Source: an uncultured Desulfarculaceae bacterium (lineage in GTDB: Bacteria > Desulfobacterota > Desulfocorpusculales > Desulfocorpusculum). From it: a stretch of DNA of 64,000 nt. The position numbers were made by a program, and so were the translations under genes. The stretch's first letter is position 1. The number at the start of each line of letters is the position of its first letter. Positions 37,304 through 47,413 of the stretch are shown one piece after another. The DNA lies in contig CAYPWF010000010.1 in the NCBI GenBank assembly GCA_964414345.1, positions 7,115 to 71,114 on the forward strand. The letters are read 5' to 3'. The notes under the pieces are model-generated. The model was given only the letters and a program-made list of their open reading frames with translations, was not told the origin of the DNA and made no database searches.

Positions 37304-38629
37304 ATGGCCGAGGGAATTGCACAAGGCAAAACAACCGGTCTTACAGGGCAGAGTCTCTGCCCTCCCATAGAGGTAATAACTATAGGGGACGAGATCCTCT
37401 CCGGGAGCATAGTGGATACCAACTCGGCCATGATAGCCCGGAAACTGGGTTCCGTGGGTTTGGAGCTTCGACACATGAGCTCTGTGGGAGACGATCCTCA
37501 GGAGATAATCAGAGAGCTTCGGGAGGCGGCTGCAAGAGCTCGAGCGGTGATCGTCACAGGAGGTCTGGGTCCCACCCAGGATGACCGTACCGCCTTTGCG
37601 GCCGCCCAGGCCTTTGGAGTGGATTTGGTCCTCCATGAGGAAACCCTTGAGAAACTGAGGAATTTCTTTGCCAACCTGGGCCTAGAGATGACTCGGAACA
37701 ACGAACGCCAGGCCTGGATGCCACAGGGTTCCACGGTAGTTCCAAACCCCATGGGTACGGCTCCGGGCTTTGCCTTGAGACATGGGGAGTGCCTGCTCAT
37801 CTTCTTACCTGGGGTCCCCAGGGAACTGGAAAGGATGCTGGAGGAGAGCGTGACGGCCATGCTGCTGGAGCACTGCGGCTCGGGATTCCAGGTCAGTTCG
37901 CGCACTCTCAAGATCTTCGGCCTCTCAGAGGCCAAGATCGATCAGATGGTCAAGGGGGCCCTGGAGGGTTTGGAAGGGGTCAGTCTGGCATCCTTACCCC
38001 ATTATCCTGAAAACAGGCTCAGGATCACTGTCAGGGGGAAAGATCCCGCAGACGTGTCAGTCACCCTGGAGAGGGCCGAGACCTATCTCAGGGAAAAGGT
38101 TGGGCCCTGGGTATACGGGGTGGATGAGGAGGAAATGGAAAATGTTGTGGTGCGCCTTCTGGGGGAAAAGGGGTTTGTTCTGGCCCTGGCGGAATCTTGC
38201 ACCGGGGGGCTCATAGCCCACAGGCTCACAAACGTGGCTGGAGCCTCCTTGGTTTTGAGCAGGGCTTATGTCCCTTACAGCCTGGAGGCCAAAGAGGAAA
38301 TGGGAGTCCCAGGGGACCTCTTGAGGGAACGTGGGGCGGTTTCAGCCCAGGTGGCCGAGGCCATGGCCCTGGCAGCGGTCTCAAGCTCAAGGGCGGATAT
38401 AGGAGTCTCTACAACAGGGGTGGCAGGTCCCACAGGGGGTACAGAGGAGCATCCTGTGGGTACTGTTTTCATGGGATTGGCAGCAGGCGGGAAAACCTGG
38501 AGCCAGAGGTTCCGCTTTCGAGGGGGCAGAGGGAACGTAAAGACTCTGGCCTCGGCCGTGGCCCTGGACTGGCTCAGGAGGTTCCTTTTGGGAGAAGACC
38601 CGGCTCGCTATACAGTGCCTTGGAGGTGA
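37304..38629 (+). CDS. cinA: CinA competence/damage-inducible protein (MoCF-like domain plus C-terminal NMN amidohydrolase domain)
   Basis: IEVITIGDEILSGSIVDTNS N-terminal domain and C-terminal CinA domain; true start probably downstream of the track start. Confidence 0.8.
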   Translation: MAEGIAQGKTTGLTGQSLCPPIEVITIGDEILSGSIVDTNSAMIARKLGSVGLELRHMSSVGDDPQEIIRELREAAARARAVIVTGGLGPTQDDRTAFAAAQAFGVDLVLHEETLEKLRNFFANLGLEMTRNNERQAWMPQGSTVVPNPMGTAPGFALRHGECLLIFLPGVPRELERMLEESVTAMLLEHCGSGFQVSSRTLKIFGLSEAKIDQMVKGALEGLEGVSLASLPHYPENRLRITVRGKDPADVSVTLERAETYLREKVGPWVYGVDEEEMENVVVRLLGEKGFVLALAESCTGGLIAHRLTNVAGASLVLSRAYVPYSLEAKEEMGVPGDLLRERGAVSAQVAEAMALAAVSSSRADIGVSTTGVAGPTGGTEEHPVGTVFMGLAAGGKTWSQRFRFRGGRGNVKTLASAVALDWLRRFLLGEDPARYTVPWR

Positions 38630-38638
38630 ATCGGTAAG

Positions 38639-39238
38639 GTGCGCTCTTTTGTTGCAGTGGAGCTCCCAGATGAGCTCAGAGGTTCCCTGAGCAGGATTTT
38701 GGATGAGCTTCGCCCATGCGGCGCGGATGTAAAATGGGTGAGACCTGAGGCAGTGCACCTTACCCTCAAGTTCCTGGGTGAGATACAGCCTGAGCAGGTG
38801 GAGGAGATCCGTCTGGCAGTTCAAGAAGTGGCCGGCCGCCACGGACCTTTCAAGATGGAGGCCAGGGGGCTTGGGTGCTTTCCCAGGCTGGAGCAACCCA
38901 GGGTTGTGTGGCTAGGCCTTGAGGGAGAAAAGTGGAAACTGGAGGCCCTTCAGAGGGAGGTACAGACAGCCCTTACTGAGCTAGGGTTCCCAAAGGAGGA
39001 GAGGCCTTTCAGACCGCACCTTACCTTGGGGCGTGTAAGGTCGCCCAAAGCACGCCTGGCTTTGGTCCAGAGGATAAAGAATCTGGAGGGGATCCAGGGG
39101 GGTGAGCTGGTGGTGGGCTCGGTGGCGCTTTTCAAAAGCCAGCTTCTGCCCTCTGGGGCACGTTATACAAAGCTTTGGGAGGAGAGACTTTCCCTTCCAG
39201 GCACGCAAAACACCCTCTCAGGGCCAGGTTCCGTTTGA
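38639..39238 (+). CDS. thpR: RNA 2',3'-cyclic phosphodiesterase (2H phosphoesterase, ThpR/LigT)
   Basis: Two H-x-T/S-x motifs (HLTLKFLGE ... HLTLGRV). Confidence 0.8.
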   Translation: MRSFVAVELPDELRGSLSRILDELRPCGADVKWVRPEAVHLTLKFLGEIQPEQVEEIRLAVQEVAGRHGPFKMEARGLGCFPRLEQPRVVWLGLEGEKWKLEALQREVQTALTELGFPKEERPFRPHLTLGRVRSPKARLALVQRIKNLEGIQGGELVVGSVALFKSQLLPSGARYTKLWEERLSLPGTQNTLSGPGSV

Positions 39239-39276
39239 GAGGAGCAAAGGTTAACATAGAGCAAAGGAGGTCTGTC

Positions 39277-40299
39277 ATGGACCTGGAGAAACAAAAAGAG
39301 AGGGCCCTGGATTTGGCCGTGGCCCAGATCGAGAAGCAGTTCGGCAAGGGCTCCATAATGCGCCTTGGGGCTGGAGGCCCTCTCCAAGACGTACGGGTAA
39401 TTCCCACCGGCTCCCTGAGCTTGGATTTGGCTCTGGGAGTGGGAGGCATCCCAAGGGGGAGGGTTACCGAGATCTACGGGCCGGAGGCCTCTGGAAAGAC
39501 CACCTTGGCTTTGCATCTGGTGGCTGAAGCCCAGAAGGCAGGGGGTGTGGCCTCTTTTATAGACGCCGAGCACGCTTTGGACGTCCACTATGCCAGAAAG
39601 CTCGGGGTGAATACCGATGAGCTGCTCATCAGCCAGCCCGACACAGGGGAACAAGCCCTTGAAATTGCCGAGATACTGGTCAGAAGTGGTGCAGTGGATG
39701 TGCTTGTGGTGGACTCTGTGGCTGCCCTGGCCCCCAGAGCCGAGATAGAGGGGGAGATGGGTGATGCCCATGTGGGGCTTCAGGCCAGGCTCATGTCCCA
39801 GGCTCTAAGGAAACTTACGGCCGCCATAAGCAAGTCCCAAACGGCGGTGGTGTTCATAAACCAGATACGCATGAAGATCGGGGTGATGTTCGGGAATCCT
39901 GAGACCACCACTGGAGGCACAGCACTGAAGTTTTACGCTTCGGTGCGTCTGGACATCCGCAGGGTCGGGGCCATAAAAGAGGGCCAGGAGGTGGTGGGCA
40001 GCAGGACCCGGGTAAAGGTGGTGAAAAACAAGATTGCACCTCCTTTCAAGGAGGTGGAATTCGATATCCTTTACGGCCAGGGGATCTCAAGGGAAGGGGA
40101 TGTCTTGGATCTGGCCACTGAGCGAGGCATAGTGGAGCGCACCGGCACTTGGTACTCATATAAGGGAGAACGCTTGGGCCAGGGAAGGGAAAACGCCAAA
40201 GCTTTCCTTAGGGAACACCCTGAGACGCTCAAGAACATGGAGGCCGAGCTCATTGCCAGCGCGGGGCTCCAGGCTGCCCGCGCCGAAAAGGAGGGCTGA
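39277..40299 (+). CDS. recA: Recombinase RecA
   Basis: ATG after AGGAGG; [21 protein letters not shown], Walker [11 protein letters not shown]. Confidence 0.97.
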   Translation: MDLEKQKERALDLAVAQIEKQFGKGSIMRLGAGGPLQDVRVIPTGSLSLDLALGVGGIPRGRVTEIYGPEASGKTTLALHLVAEAQKAGGVASFIDAEHALDVHYARKLGVNTDELLISQPDTGEQALEIAEILVRSGAVDVLVVDSVAALAPRAEIEGEMGDAHVGLQARLMSQALRKLTAAISKSQTAVVFINQIRMKIGVMFGNPETTTGGTALKFYASVRLDIRRVGAIKEGQEVVGSRTRVKVVKNKIAPPFKEVEFDILYGQGISREGDVLDLATERGIVERTGTWYSYKGERLGQGRENAKAFLREHPETLKNMEAELIASAGLQAARAEKEG

Positions 40300-40303
40300 T
40301 TCC

Positions 40304-41440
40304 ATGGTAGACCTCAAGCGAATACTCACCCTTGCCGTCCAAAGAGGCGCCTCGGACGTGCACATGAAGGTGGGGCTTCCTCCCGTGCTTAGAATCCACG
40401 GCAAATTGGTCCCTGTAACAGGGGAAAAACGGCTCATGCCAGAAGACACCAGGGACATAGCCTTTTCCATTATGGGGGAAAGGCAGAAGGAGAAGTTCCG
40501 GGTCAGCAACGAGGTGGATCTGGCCTACGGGATTTCAGGTCTTGGAAGATTCAGGGTAAACATCTTCTCCCAGAGGGACTCCATCGGTATGGTGCTTCGG
40601 ACCATATCGGTGAACCCCCCCACGGTTGCCGAGCTGAACCTGCCTGAGGTGATAGAGAAGATAGCCATGGAGCCCAGAGGGCTGGTCCTGGTGACAGGCA
40701 CCACCGGAAGCGGTAAATCCACCACCCTGGCAGCCATGGTGAACCACATAAACAGCAACCGCAACTGCCATATCATCACCATAGAGGACCCCATAGAGTT
40801 CCTGCACAGGGACAAGAAAGCCATAATTAACCAAAGGGAGGTGGGGCAAGACACCCAGACCTTTGCCACGGCTCTCAGAGTGGCCCTCAGGCAGGACCCC
40901 GACGTGATACTGGTGGGGGAAATGAGGGATTTTGAGACCATCGAGACCGCTATACTGGCTGCAGAGACAGGACACTTGGTGCTAAGCACCTTGCACACCC
41001 TGGACGCCCAGGAAACAGTAAACCGTATTGTGGCCGTGTTCCCTTTCCAGCAGCAGAAGCAGATCAGGCTCCAGCTTGCCACTATCCTAAAAGGGGTGAT
41101 ATCCCAAAGGTTGGTCTCTAGGGCCGATGGTCAAGGAAGGCTTCCGGCTGTGGAAGTGATGGTCTCAACGGCCCGCGTGAGGGAATGCATAGCCGAAGAG
41201 TTGAAAACCAGGGAGCTTCACGACGCCATTTCCCAGGGCTACTCCACCTATGGAATGCAGACATTCGACCAGTCTCTCATGGACTTGTTTAGAAGGGGTT
41301 TGATCACCTACGAGGAGGCCCTTAGAAACGCCACAAATCCGGACGACTTCGCCCTTAAGGTGAGCGGCATTTCGGGCACTAGTGAGGCAAGGTGGCAGAC
41401 AGAGGAAGAAGCGCAGGAGGTGAAGCTCAAGTTCGAGTGA
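40304..41440 (+). CDS. pilT: Type IV pilus retraction ATPase PilT (twitching motility)
   Basis: ATG 5 nt after recA stop; PilT/PilU signature, Walker A GTTGSGKST. Confidence 0.85.
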   Translation: MVDLKRILTLAVQRGASDVHMKVGLPPVLRIHGKLVPVTGEKRLMPEDTRDIAFSIMGERQKEKFRVSNEVDLAYGISGLGRFRVNIFSQRDSIGMVLRTISVNPPTVAELNLPEVIEKIAMEPRGLVLVTGTTGSGKSTTLAAMVNHINSNRNCHIITIEDPIEFLHRDKKAIINQREVGQDTQTFATALRVALRQDPDVILVGEMRDFETIETAILAAETGHLVLSTLHTLDAQETVNRIVAVFPFQQQKQIRLQLATILKGVISQRLVSRADGQGRLPAVEVMVSTARVRECIAEELKTRELHDAISQGYSTYGMQTFDQSLMDLFRRGLITYEEALRNATNPDDFALKVSGISGTSEARWQTEEEAQEVKLKFE

Positions 41441-41979
41441 ACCCATCTTTTCCAAAGGAAGCCAGACAAGCCCTTGGAGCTGCCCTCAGGTACCTGGCCG
41501 CAAGGGACCGCACCAGGCACGAGGTGAGATGTTACCTAAGGAAAAAGGGGTTCTCGGATCAGGCGGCCCTGGAGGCCATAGAGAAGCTTGGGGGGTGGGG
41601 CTACCTGGACGACCAAAGGGTGGCTCTCAATTGGGCCAGAACAAAAATGCAGGTGGCCCTCTGGGGGCGCGCCAGAGTGACAGCCGGGCTTGAGAGAAGG
41701 GGTGTGGAAAGGCAGAGCATCGAGGAGCTCTTCCACCTCCTGGAGCAAGAGTTCTCTGATCAGGATTTGGCCTTGAGGGCGGCCAAGAAGTACATTCGGA
41801 CCCATCCAAGGGCCGGATCGGCCCTGACTCGCCGCCTCGCCGCTTATCTGTCCAGAAGAGGTTTTGCCCCTGAGACCATCAGGCGGCTTTTGGTGGAGGA
41901 GCTTGGGCCTGATTTGGGGGGAGAGGGTTTGGACAGGGAAGGTCTCTCCCGCAAAAAACCGCAAGGGGACTCATGCTGA
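41437..41979 (+). CDS. recX: Recombination regulator RecX
   Basis: RecX three-helix repeats (ALRYLAARDRTRHEVRCYLRKKG); probable GTG start overlapping pilT stop (GTGA). Confidence 0.75.
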   Translation: MNPSFPKEARQALGAALRYLAARDRTRHEVRCYLRKKGFSDQAALEAIEKLGGWGYLDDQRVALNWARTKMQVALWGRARVTAGLERRGVERQSIEELFHLLEQEFSDQDLALRAAKKYIRTHPRAGSALTRRLAAYLSRRGFAPETIRRLLVEELGPDLGGEGLDREGLSRKKPQGDSC

Positions 41980-41980
41980 G

Positions 41981-44644
41981 ATGAAGGGACGTGATATTCG
42001 ACTTTTTTTCCTTGAGTTCTTCAGGACTCGGGGCCACACGGTGGTGCCCAGTTCCTCCCTGGTACCTAAGGAGGACCCCTCTTTGCTTTTCACCAATGCA
42101 GGGATGGTGCAATTCAAAAAGGTTTTCCTTGGGGAGGAGAAACGTGATTACTCGAGGGCAGCCAGTTCCCAGAAGTGTGTTCGGGCAGGTGGGAAGCACA
42201 ATGACTTAGAAAACGTGGGTTGGACCGCCCGTCATCACACCTTCTTCGAGATGCTGGGGAATTTCTCCTTCGGGGATTATTTCAAAGAAGGGGCTATCCA
42301 GATGGCCTGGGAGCTCCTGGTGGGGGAGCTGGGGCTTGCTCCTGAGAAACTTTTTGCAACCATCCATGAAGGGGATGGGGGAATGGGACTCGGGCCTGAC
42401 GAGGAGGCCAGGCAGATCTGGCTCAGATATTTGCCTGCCCAAAGAATAGTGGCCTGCCCTACCAAGGACAATTTCTGGCAAATGGGGGACACCGGGCCTT
42501 GCGGGCCCTGCTCCGAGATCGTGATAGACCAAGGGCCTCAGGTGGGCTGTGGAAAGCCCCAGTGCCGGGTGGGATGCGATTGCGACCGTTTCTTGGAACT
42601 GTGGAATCTGGTCTTCATGCAGTACAGCAGGGACGAAAAAGGCGTTCTTACTCCTCTCCCCCGCCCCAGCATAGACACAGGGATGGGCCTGGAGCGAATA
42701 ACAGCGGTGTTGCAGGGAAAACTCAGCAATTATGATACGGATCTCTTCCAGCCTCTGATTCGATTCATGGAGGAGCTCTCGGGAAGGCATTACGGCAAGG
42801 AGCCCAGGGCGGACGTCTCCATGAGAGTGGCGGCCGATCATGCCAGGGGGGTGACTTTTCTCATCGGGGACGGGGTAATCCCCTCCAATGAGGGGCGGGG
42901 CTATGTGCTGCGCCGGATCATCAGAAGGGCTGCTCGCCACGGAAGACTTTTGGGGCTCCAGGAGCCTTTTCTATACAAGGCCTCCCAACTGGTGGTAGAG
43001 GAGATGCGGGAGGCCTTTCCAGAGCTGGCACAAAGAAAAGCGGCCATTGAGCAGATAATCCTCAAAGAGGAGGAGCGTTTTGCAGAGACCCTGGACAAGG
43101 GGCTCAGGCTCCTGGAAGAGGAGACTTCCCGTCTTAAGGCTCGGGGTATAGGTGTGTTGCCAGGGGATATGGTCTTCAAACTTTACGACACGTACGGATT
43201 CCCTGTGGATTTGACAGCGGACGTGGTCAAGGAAGAGGGCCTGGAAATAGATTCCCAAGGGTTTGAAAAGGCCATGGCTGAGCAGCGCAGGCGGGCCAGG
43301 GCGGCCTGGGCCGGATCCGGGGAGGAGGAGATCCCCGAGTCATACAGAAAGCTGGTTTCCAGGGGGATAACCAGCAGTTTCGTGGGTTACGATTCCCTTG
43401 TGGTGAAAAGCCGGGTGAGGGCTTTGCTGAGGGAGGGCCGGGAGGTGGAGCTTGCCCGGCAGGGGGAAAGGGTGGAGGTGATCACAGAGGAGACTCCTTT
43501 TTACGGGGAGTCAGGTGGGCAGGTGGGAGACAAGGGGCTCATTTCAGGGCCTGGATTGAAACTTCAGGTGCAGGAGACTCTCAGACCGCTGCCTGAGCTC
43601 ACGGTGCATGTGGGAACAGTCCTGGAGGGAGCCCTGGGCGTGGGCCAGGAGGTGGAGCTGCGGGTGGACGAGGAGCTCAGGTGGGATACCGCAAGGAACC
43701 ACAGCGCCACTCATGTCCTGCAGGCTGCTTTGCGGGAGATACTTGGAGAGGTGGTGCATCAGTCTGGCTCAAGGGTGACTCCGGAGGGTTTCCGTTTTGA
43801 TTACACCTATTCCTCGGGGGTGAGTTGGGAGGAATTGAGAGAGGTGGAGCGGCTGGTAAACCAGAGGATCAGGCAGAACGCCCAGGTGAGGGTGATCCTA
43901 ATGCCTTACCAGGAGGCCCTAAAGACAGGGGCCATGGCTCTATTCGATGAGAAGTACGGAGAGACCGTGAGATTGGTGGAGATGGGGGATTTCTCAAGAG
44001 AGCTTTGCGGAGGCACCCACGTGCATCGCACAGGGGATGTGGGTTTCTTCAAGATCCTCAGCGACAGGAGCATCTCAGCCGACACCCGAAGAATAGAGGC
44101 TGTCACTGGAAGGGCCGCAGTTGAGCTGGTCCAGAAAACCGAAACCACTCTTCAGGAGCTGGCGGAACTTCTAAAAGCTACCCCGGAAGAGCTCAAGGAT
44201 AAGGCCCGCAGACTTGTGGATCGCCAAAAGGAACTGGAAAAAGAGGTGAGGGCCCTCAAGGCTTGTGCCGCTGCAGGAGGCTCTGCGGATCTGCTATCCC
44301 AGGCCAGGGAGGTGGCTGGAATAAAGGTTTTGTGCGCAGAGGTGGATTTGAATGACCCCAAGGCCATGGGCCAGATGGGGGATCAACTAAGGGACAGACT
44401 GGGCTCCGGCATAGTGCTTCTGGGCTCAAGAAGCGGGCCCAAGGCGAGTCTCACCATATCGGTCTCCAAGGACTTGCAAGAACGCTTCCCTGCAGGGGAA
44501 CTCATGAGAGAGGTGGCAGAACTTCTGGGAGGAAAAGGAGGGGGGAGAGCCCATTTCGCTCAAGGAGGGGGCCCGTACAAAGAAAGACTTCCCCAAGCCT
44601 TGGAAAGGCTAAGAGAAATCCTCCTGAAGAAGGTCTCTGGGTGA
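41981..44644 (+). CDS. alaS: Alanyl-tRNA synthetase
   Basis: MKGRDIRLFFLEFFRTRGH start 2 nt after recX stop; class II AlaRS with editing-domain HxxxH and CxxxH motifs. Confidence 0.95.
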   Translation: MKGRDIRLFFLEFFRTRGHTVVPSSSLVPKEDPSLLFTNAGMVQFKKVFLGEEKRDYSRAASSQKCVRAGGKHNDLENVGWTARHHTFFEMLGNFSFGDYFKEGAIQMAWELLVGELGLAPEKLFATIHEGDGGMGLGPDEEARQIWLRYLPAQRIVACPTKDNFWQMGDTGPCGPCSEIVIDQGPQVGCGKPQCRVGCDCDRFLELWNLVFMQYSRDEKGVLTPLPRPSIDTGMGLERITAVLQGKLSNYDTDLFQPLIRFMEELSGRHYGKEPRADVSMRVAADHARGVTFLIGDGVIPSNEGRGYVLRRIIRRAARHGRLLGLQEPFLYKASQLVVEEMREAFPELAQRKAAIEQIILKEEERFAETLDKGLRLLEEETSRLKARGIGVLPGDMVFKLYDTYGFPVDLTADVVKEEGLEIDSQGFEKAMAEQRRRARAAWAGSGEEEIPESYRKLVSRGITSSFVGYDSLVVKSRVRALLREGREVELARQGERVEVITEETPFYGESGGQVGDKGLISGPGLKLQVQETLRPLPELTVHVGTVLEGALGVGQEVELRVDEELRWDTARNHSATHVLQAALREILGEVVHQSGSRVTPEGFRFDYTYSSGVSWEELREVERLVNQRIRQNAQVRVILMPYQEALKTGAMALFDEKYGETVRLVEMGDFSRELCGGTHVHRTGDVGFFKILSDRSISADTRRIEAVTGRAAVELVQKTETTLQELAELLKATPEELKDKARRLVDRQKELEKEVRALKACAAAGGSADLLSQAREVAGIKVLCAEVDLNDPKAMGQMGDQLRDRLGSGIVLLGSRSGPKASLTISVSKDLQERFPAGELMREVAELLGGKGGGRAHFAQGGGPYKERLPQALERLREILLKKVSG

Positions 44645-44664
44645 GCTTGGCGGCCCTCCAGGCC

Positions 44665-44862
44665 TAACCCGGATTATTCTCCAAAGCCCGCGACTTTGGG
44701 GGCTCAAGCCCCCAAGCCCCCGATACACTTCGACATATTCCGACTCAAACCAGGACCAGCTCTGAAGAGGAAAACAATAGTAATGTTGAGTGCATACTAG
44801 TTTAACCAAGCATGTCATTGAGATAGCCCGCATTATGCACTGATCGTGAATAATGCGGGCTA
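44665..44862 (-). repeat. Complete copy of the structured element downstream of the PocR-like gene (co-oriented), convergent with alaS
   Basis: TAACCCGGATTATTCTCC...CTTTGGGGGCTCAAGCCCCCAAG...GCCCGCATTATGCACtgatcGTGAATAATGCGGGCTA. Confidence 0.9.
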
Positions 44863-44971
44863 ATCTATTTCAGCATGCTCGGGTTTGAACTCAGGCAAGT
44901 CCTGGATTAAAAAATCAGGCCCTTTTTGACCCTCAAGGGATTTTCCCTGGACATTTTGAATTTGCACAGCA

Positions 44972-45538
44972 TCATCCAGTGCTGGGGAACCATGATGGCA
45001 GGGCTGCCAAGTTCCTTATCCTGTCAATCCATCTACCGGCGGCCTGCCAAAGCTTTTCTTCATGTATCTGGGGAGCAGAGCCCAAGAGCTCCTCGGCCTC
45101 CTTCTCGGATATACCCAGTTCTTGGGCCACCATGAAGGGATCCAGATCTTCCCCGGCCAAAGCCCTAGAGCAAGCTGCCACAGCTCCCAAGAGAACTTTT
45201 TCCCGAAAAAGAGGAATGATCATCTTGCAAAGCCCTATCTGGCAAAGATCCACTACAGGCTGGCCTGTCTTCTCCGCCTGCTTCATGAGGGCCTGGCTTG
45301 TCTGACCGCAAACAAAGGTAAGGCTCTCTGGACGATTCCGCACTCGGATGCACACGTCGGTGTAATCCCCCACGTGCACCAGGATTTTTCCCTGGGAGTC
45401 CACAAGGGTGGCCACCATACCCAGCTCCTCGGAAAGTTCCCTCAAAAGCTCGGCCCAGCGCTCTTGGGGAAGCAAATCAAGGGGGCTACCATCCCCATTG
45501 GCTTTTTTTTGATCCGTCATGTCAAGCCCTCCCCTCAA
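44972..45538 (-). CDS. Cys-containing sensory-domain protein (PocR-like?), hypothetical
   Basis: 188 aa with five Cys (CIRVR, FVCGQT, LCQIGLCK, AACS); weak resemblance to PocR/V4R-type ligand-binding domains. Low confidence. Confidence 0.3.
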   Translation of the reverse strand: MRGGLDMTDQKKANGDGSPLDLLPQERWAELLRELSEELGMVATLVDSQGKILVHVGDYTDVCIRVRNRPESLTFVCGQTSQALMKQAEKTGQPVVDLCQIGLCKMIIPLFREKVLLGAVAACSRALAGEDLDPFMVAQELGISEKEAEELLGSAPQIHEEKLWQAAGRWIDRIRNLAALPSWFPSTG

Positions 45539-45798
45539 ACAGATCCTGGTTTTCCTTTGGGGGCCCTGTGAGTCTTAAATCCCAAAAGAACCGAATTCCC
45601 CCTGGGATTGGAGGCTGGAAGCCAAAACTCACCGGCCTCAAAAAAATCAGAGTAAGCGGTCACCCCTGCGACCAATCAAAAATCAGACTTGAGCTGCTCC
45701 ATCAGCTGAATGCTGAAGCCCTGCTTTGGGCTCTGGGGCCCCAAGGCTCTAAGAGATAACGCCTTAAGTCTTCAAGAAGCTTAATTCCCCCGTGTACG

Positions 45799-46695
45799 TC
45801 AAATCTCCCACTTGAGCTTCTCCAAGGGGGGCTCGGGGGAACTTCTGAGCTCAGGCTCCAACAGCATCCATTTGCCGCTTAGGCGGGCCCAGACCTCTCC
45901 CAAGAGCCGAACATTGTTGGCCTTTGCAAAAAGCACCACCCACTGCTCGTCCAGCCAACCTTCCAAAGAGCCCCGAAGGCTTTCGGCCACCTCTTTTTCC
46001 AGATCTGCCCTGAGCAGAAAACTCCAGTTTTCCGCCTGGGAATTGGGTCTCTTGCTTCGGGCCTCTTCTTCAGAGGCTATAGTCAGTCTGAGGGCCAAGG
46101 GTTCCCTGCGGGCAAGGTTGTCTATGAGAAAAACCTGCCCGGGTCTCAAGGGGCCGTAAACCCCTGCTCTCCAGTTGAGAAAGGCGGAAAGCGGATCGTC
46201 CAAGGGCCTGCCTTGGGGCGGAACATGTTTCCTTTTGGAGCCTTCAGGGCTGAGCTTGTATTCTGTAAAAGCTTCTCCCTCCTCCTGGAACACCAATACC
46301 TTCCTTCGCCAAGATCCCTGGCGGGCTACCTGGTCTGCATGCCACAGGGGCACGAATCTGCCTTTCTTAGGCTCCCATTGCACAACAGAGGCCAGAAGGT
46401 CGGTGCGCTGCAAGGACAGAACCCCCACTATACCCTTAAGCCTGGTCTTCATACCAACAAAATACTTCCTGGAGGAGCTTACCTTCTGGATCCATATCTG
46501 GCCTTCGGCAAAGTCCTCCACAAGGGCGCAACTCGCCTTGTATTCCATGGCCCGGCCCAGCCAGGCTCCCAGATCTGGGGGCGCTGCGCTTGCTTGGGCT
46601 GTCTCAGCCACTGAGGGCCAAAGGCTCTTGAGGATCCCACCGGCCCCCAAGATCTTCAAAATAGTTCCCAGAAAAGCCCGACGATGAAACCCCAT
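45799..46695 (-). CDS. Tat-signal hypothetical periplasmic protein
   Basis: N-terminal MGFHRRAFLGTILKILGAGGIL twin-arginine motif; no recognisable domain. Confidence 0.5.
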   Translation of the reverse strand: MGFHRRAFLGTILKILGAGGILKSLWPSVAETAQASAAPPDLGAWLGRAMEYKASCALVEDFAEGQIWIQKVSSSRKYFVGMKTRLKGIVGVLSLQRTDLLASVVQWEPKKGRFVPLWHADQVARQGSWRRKVLVFQEEGEAFTEYKLSPEGSKRKHVPPQGRPLDDPLSAFLNWRAGVYGPLRPGQVFLIDNLARREPLALRLTIASEEEARSKRPNSQAENWSFLLRADLEKEVAESLRGSLEGWLDEQWVVLFAKANNVRLLGEVWARLSGKWMLLEPELRSSPEPPLEKLKWEI

Positions 46696-46703
46696 CAGCC
46701 CCC

Positions 46704-46756
46704 CAACCCGGATTCTTCTCCAAAGCCCTTAACCTTGGGGGCTAGGCCCCAAAATC
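46704..46756 (-). repeat. 3'-terminal fragment of the structured element, ending 9 nt upstream of the Tat-protein ATG
   Basis: CAACCCGGATTCTTCTCCAAAGCCCTTAACCTTGGGGGCTAGGCCCCAAAATC matches the reverse-orientation consensus terminus plus GC hairpin. Confidence 0.7.
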
Positions 46757-46803
46757 ACTTTTTGCCTTGATGCGGTTGACATTAAGCCGAAATCAGGTAG
46801 CCT

Positions 46804-47400
46804 ATGGCCTATGAACCCTGGATTTTCCTGAATCTGTTTTGCTGGAGAAAGCCCCTCATGTTTATCTTTGGTCATGCAGGCCTCACTCTAATGGGATACC
46901 AAGTTCTTTGGAGAAAGAGGGCAGGCTCCCCTCCCATAGGCATGCCTCAGCTTACAGCCATCCTCTTTTTCAGCCTTTTGCCTGACCTCTTGGACAAGCC
47001 CCTGACCCTCTGGTTTTTCCAGGAGGCCGTCTCCACTCGCTGGGTGGGCCACACCATGGCTTTCTCTTTGATGGTTTGTGCGGCCGTGTACTTCTTTATC
47101 CCTTCCCTGAAAAAATGGGTCTGGGCTTGTCCGGGTCATCTTCTCCTTGACGGGATGTGGAGATCCCCTCACACTCTGTTTTTTCCCATCCTGGGATGGG
47201 AGATGGATCCAGGCTCTGATCCCAGAATTTCCTTTTGGGAGTTCCTCACCTCCAGTATCCACAGGGTGGTAAGTGAGCCTGAGCTGGTGCTTCCCGAGCT
47301 ACTGGGGCTTCTGGTCCTATTGTTGGCACTGTTTCGTCTTAAGGCCTTTTTTCCGGGCAGGGCCCGTGTGGCCCAAAGTCTTCCCCGGCTCCAGCCCTGA
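46804..47400 (+). CDS. Membrane-bound metal-dependent hydrolase (DUF457/YdjM-like)
   Basis: Polytopic protein with FGHAGLTL and PDLLDKP motifs. Confidence 0.45.
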   Translation: MAYEPWIFLNLFCWRKPLMFIFGHAGLTLMGYQVLWRKRAGSPPIGMPQLTAILFFSLLPDLLDKPLTLWFFQEAVSTRWVGHTMAFSLMVCAAVYFFIPSLKKWVWACPGHLLLDGMWRSPHTLFFPILGWEMDPGSDPRISFWEFLTSSIHRVVSEPELVLPELLGLLVLLLALFRLKAFFPGRARVAQSLPRLQP

Positions 47401-47413
47401 GAAGGCCGAAAAT

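Noticed and set aside
45560-45790. Possible 13th, highly degenerate copy of the element (CTTTGGGCTCTGGGGCCCCAAGG and TCAAAAATCAGACTTGAGCTGCT resemble the H3 and H2 regions)
   Set aside because: Similarity is patchy and cannot be aligned convincingly without a tool; left as unconfirmed.
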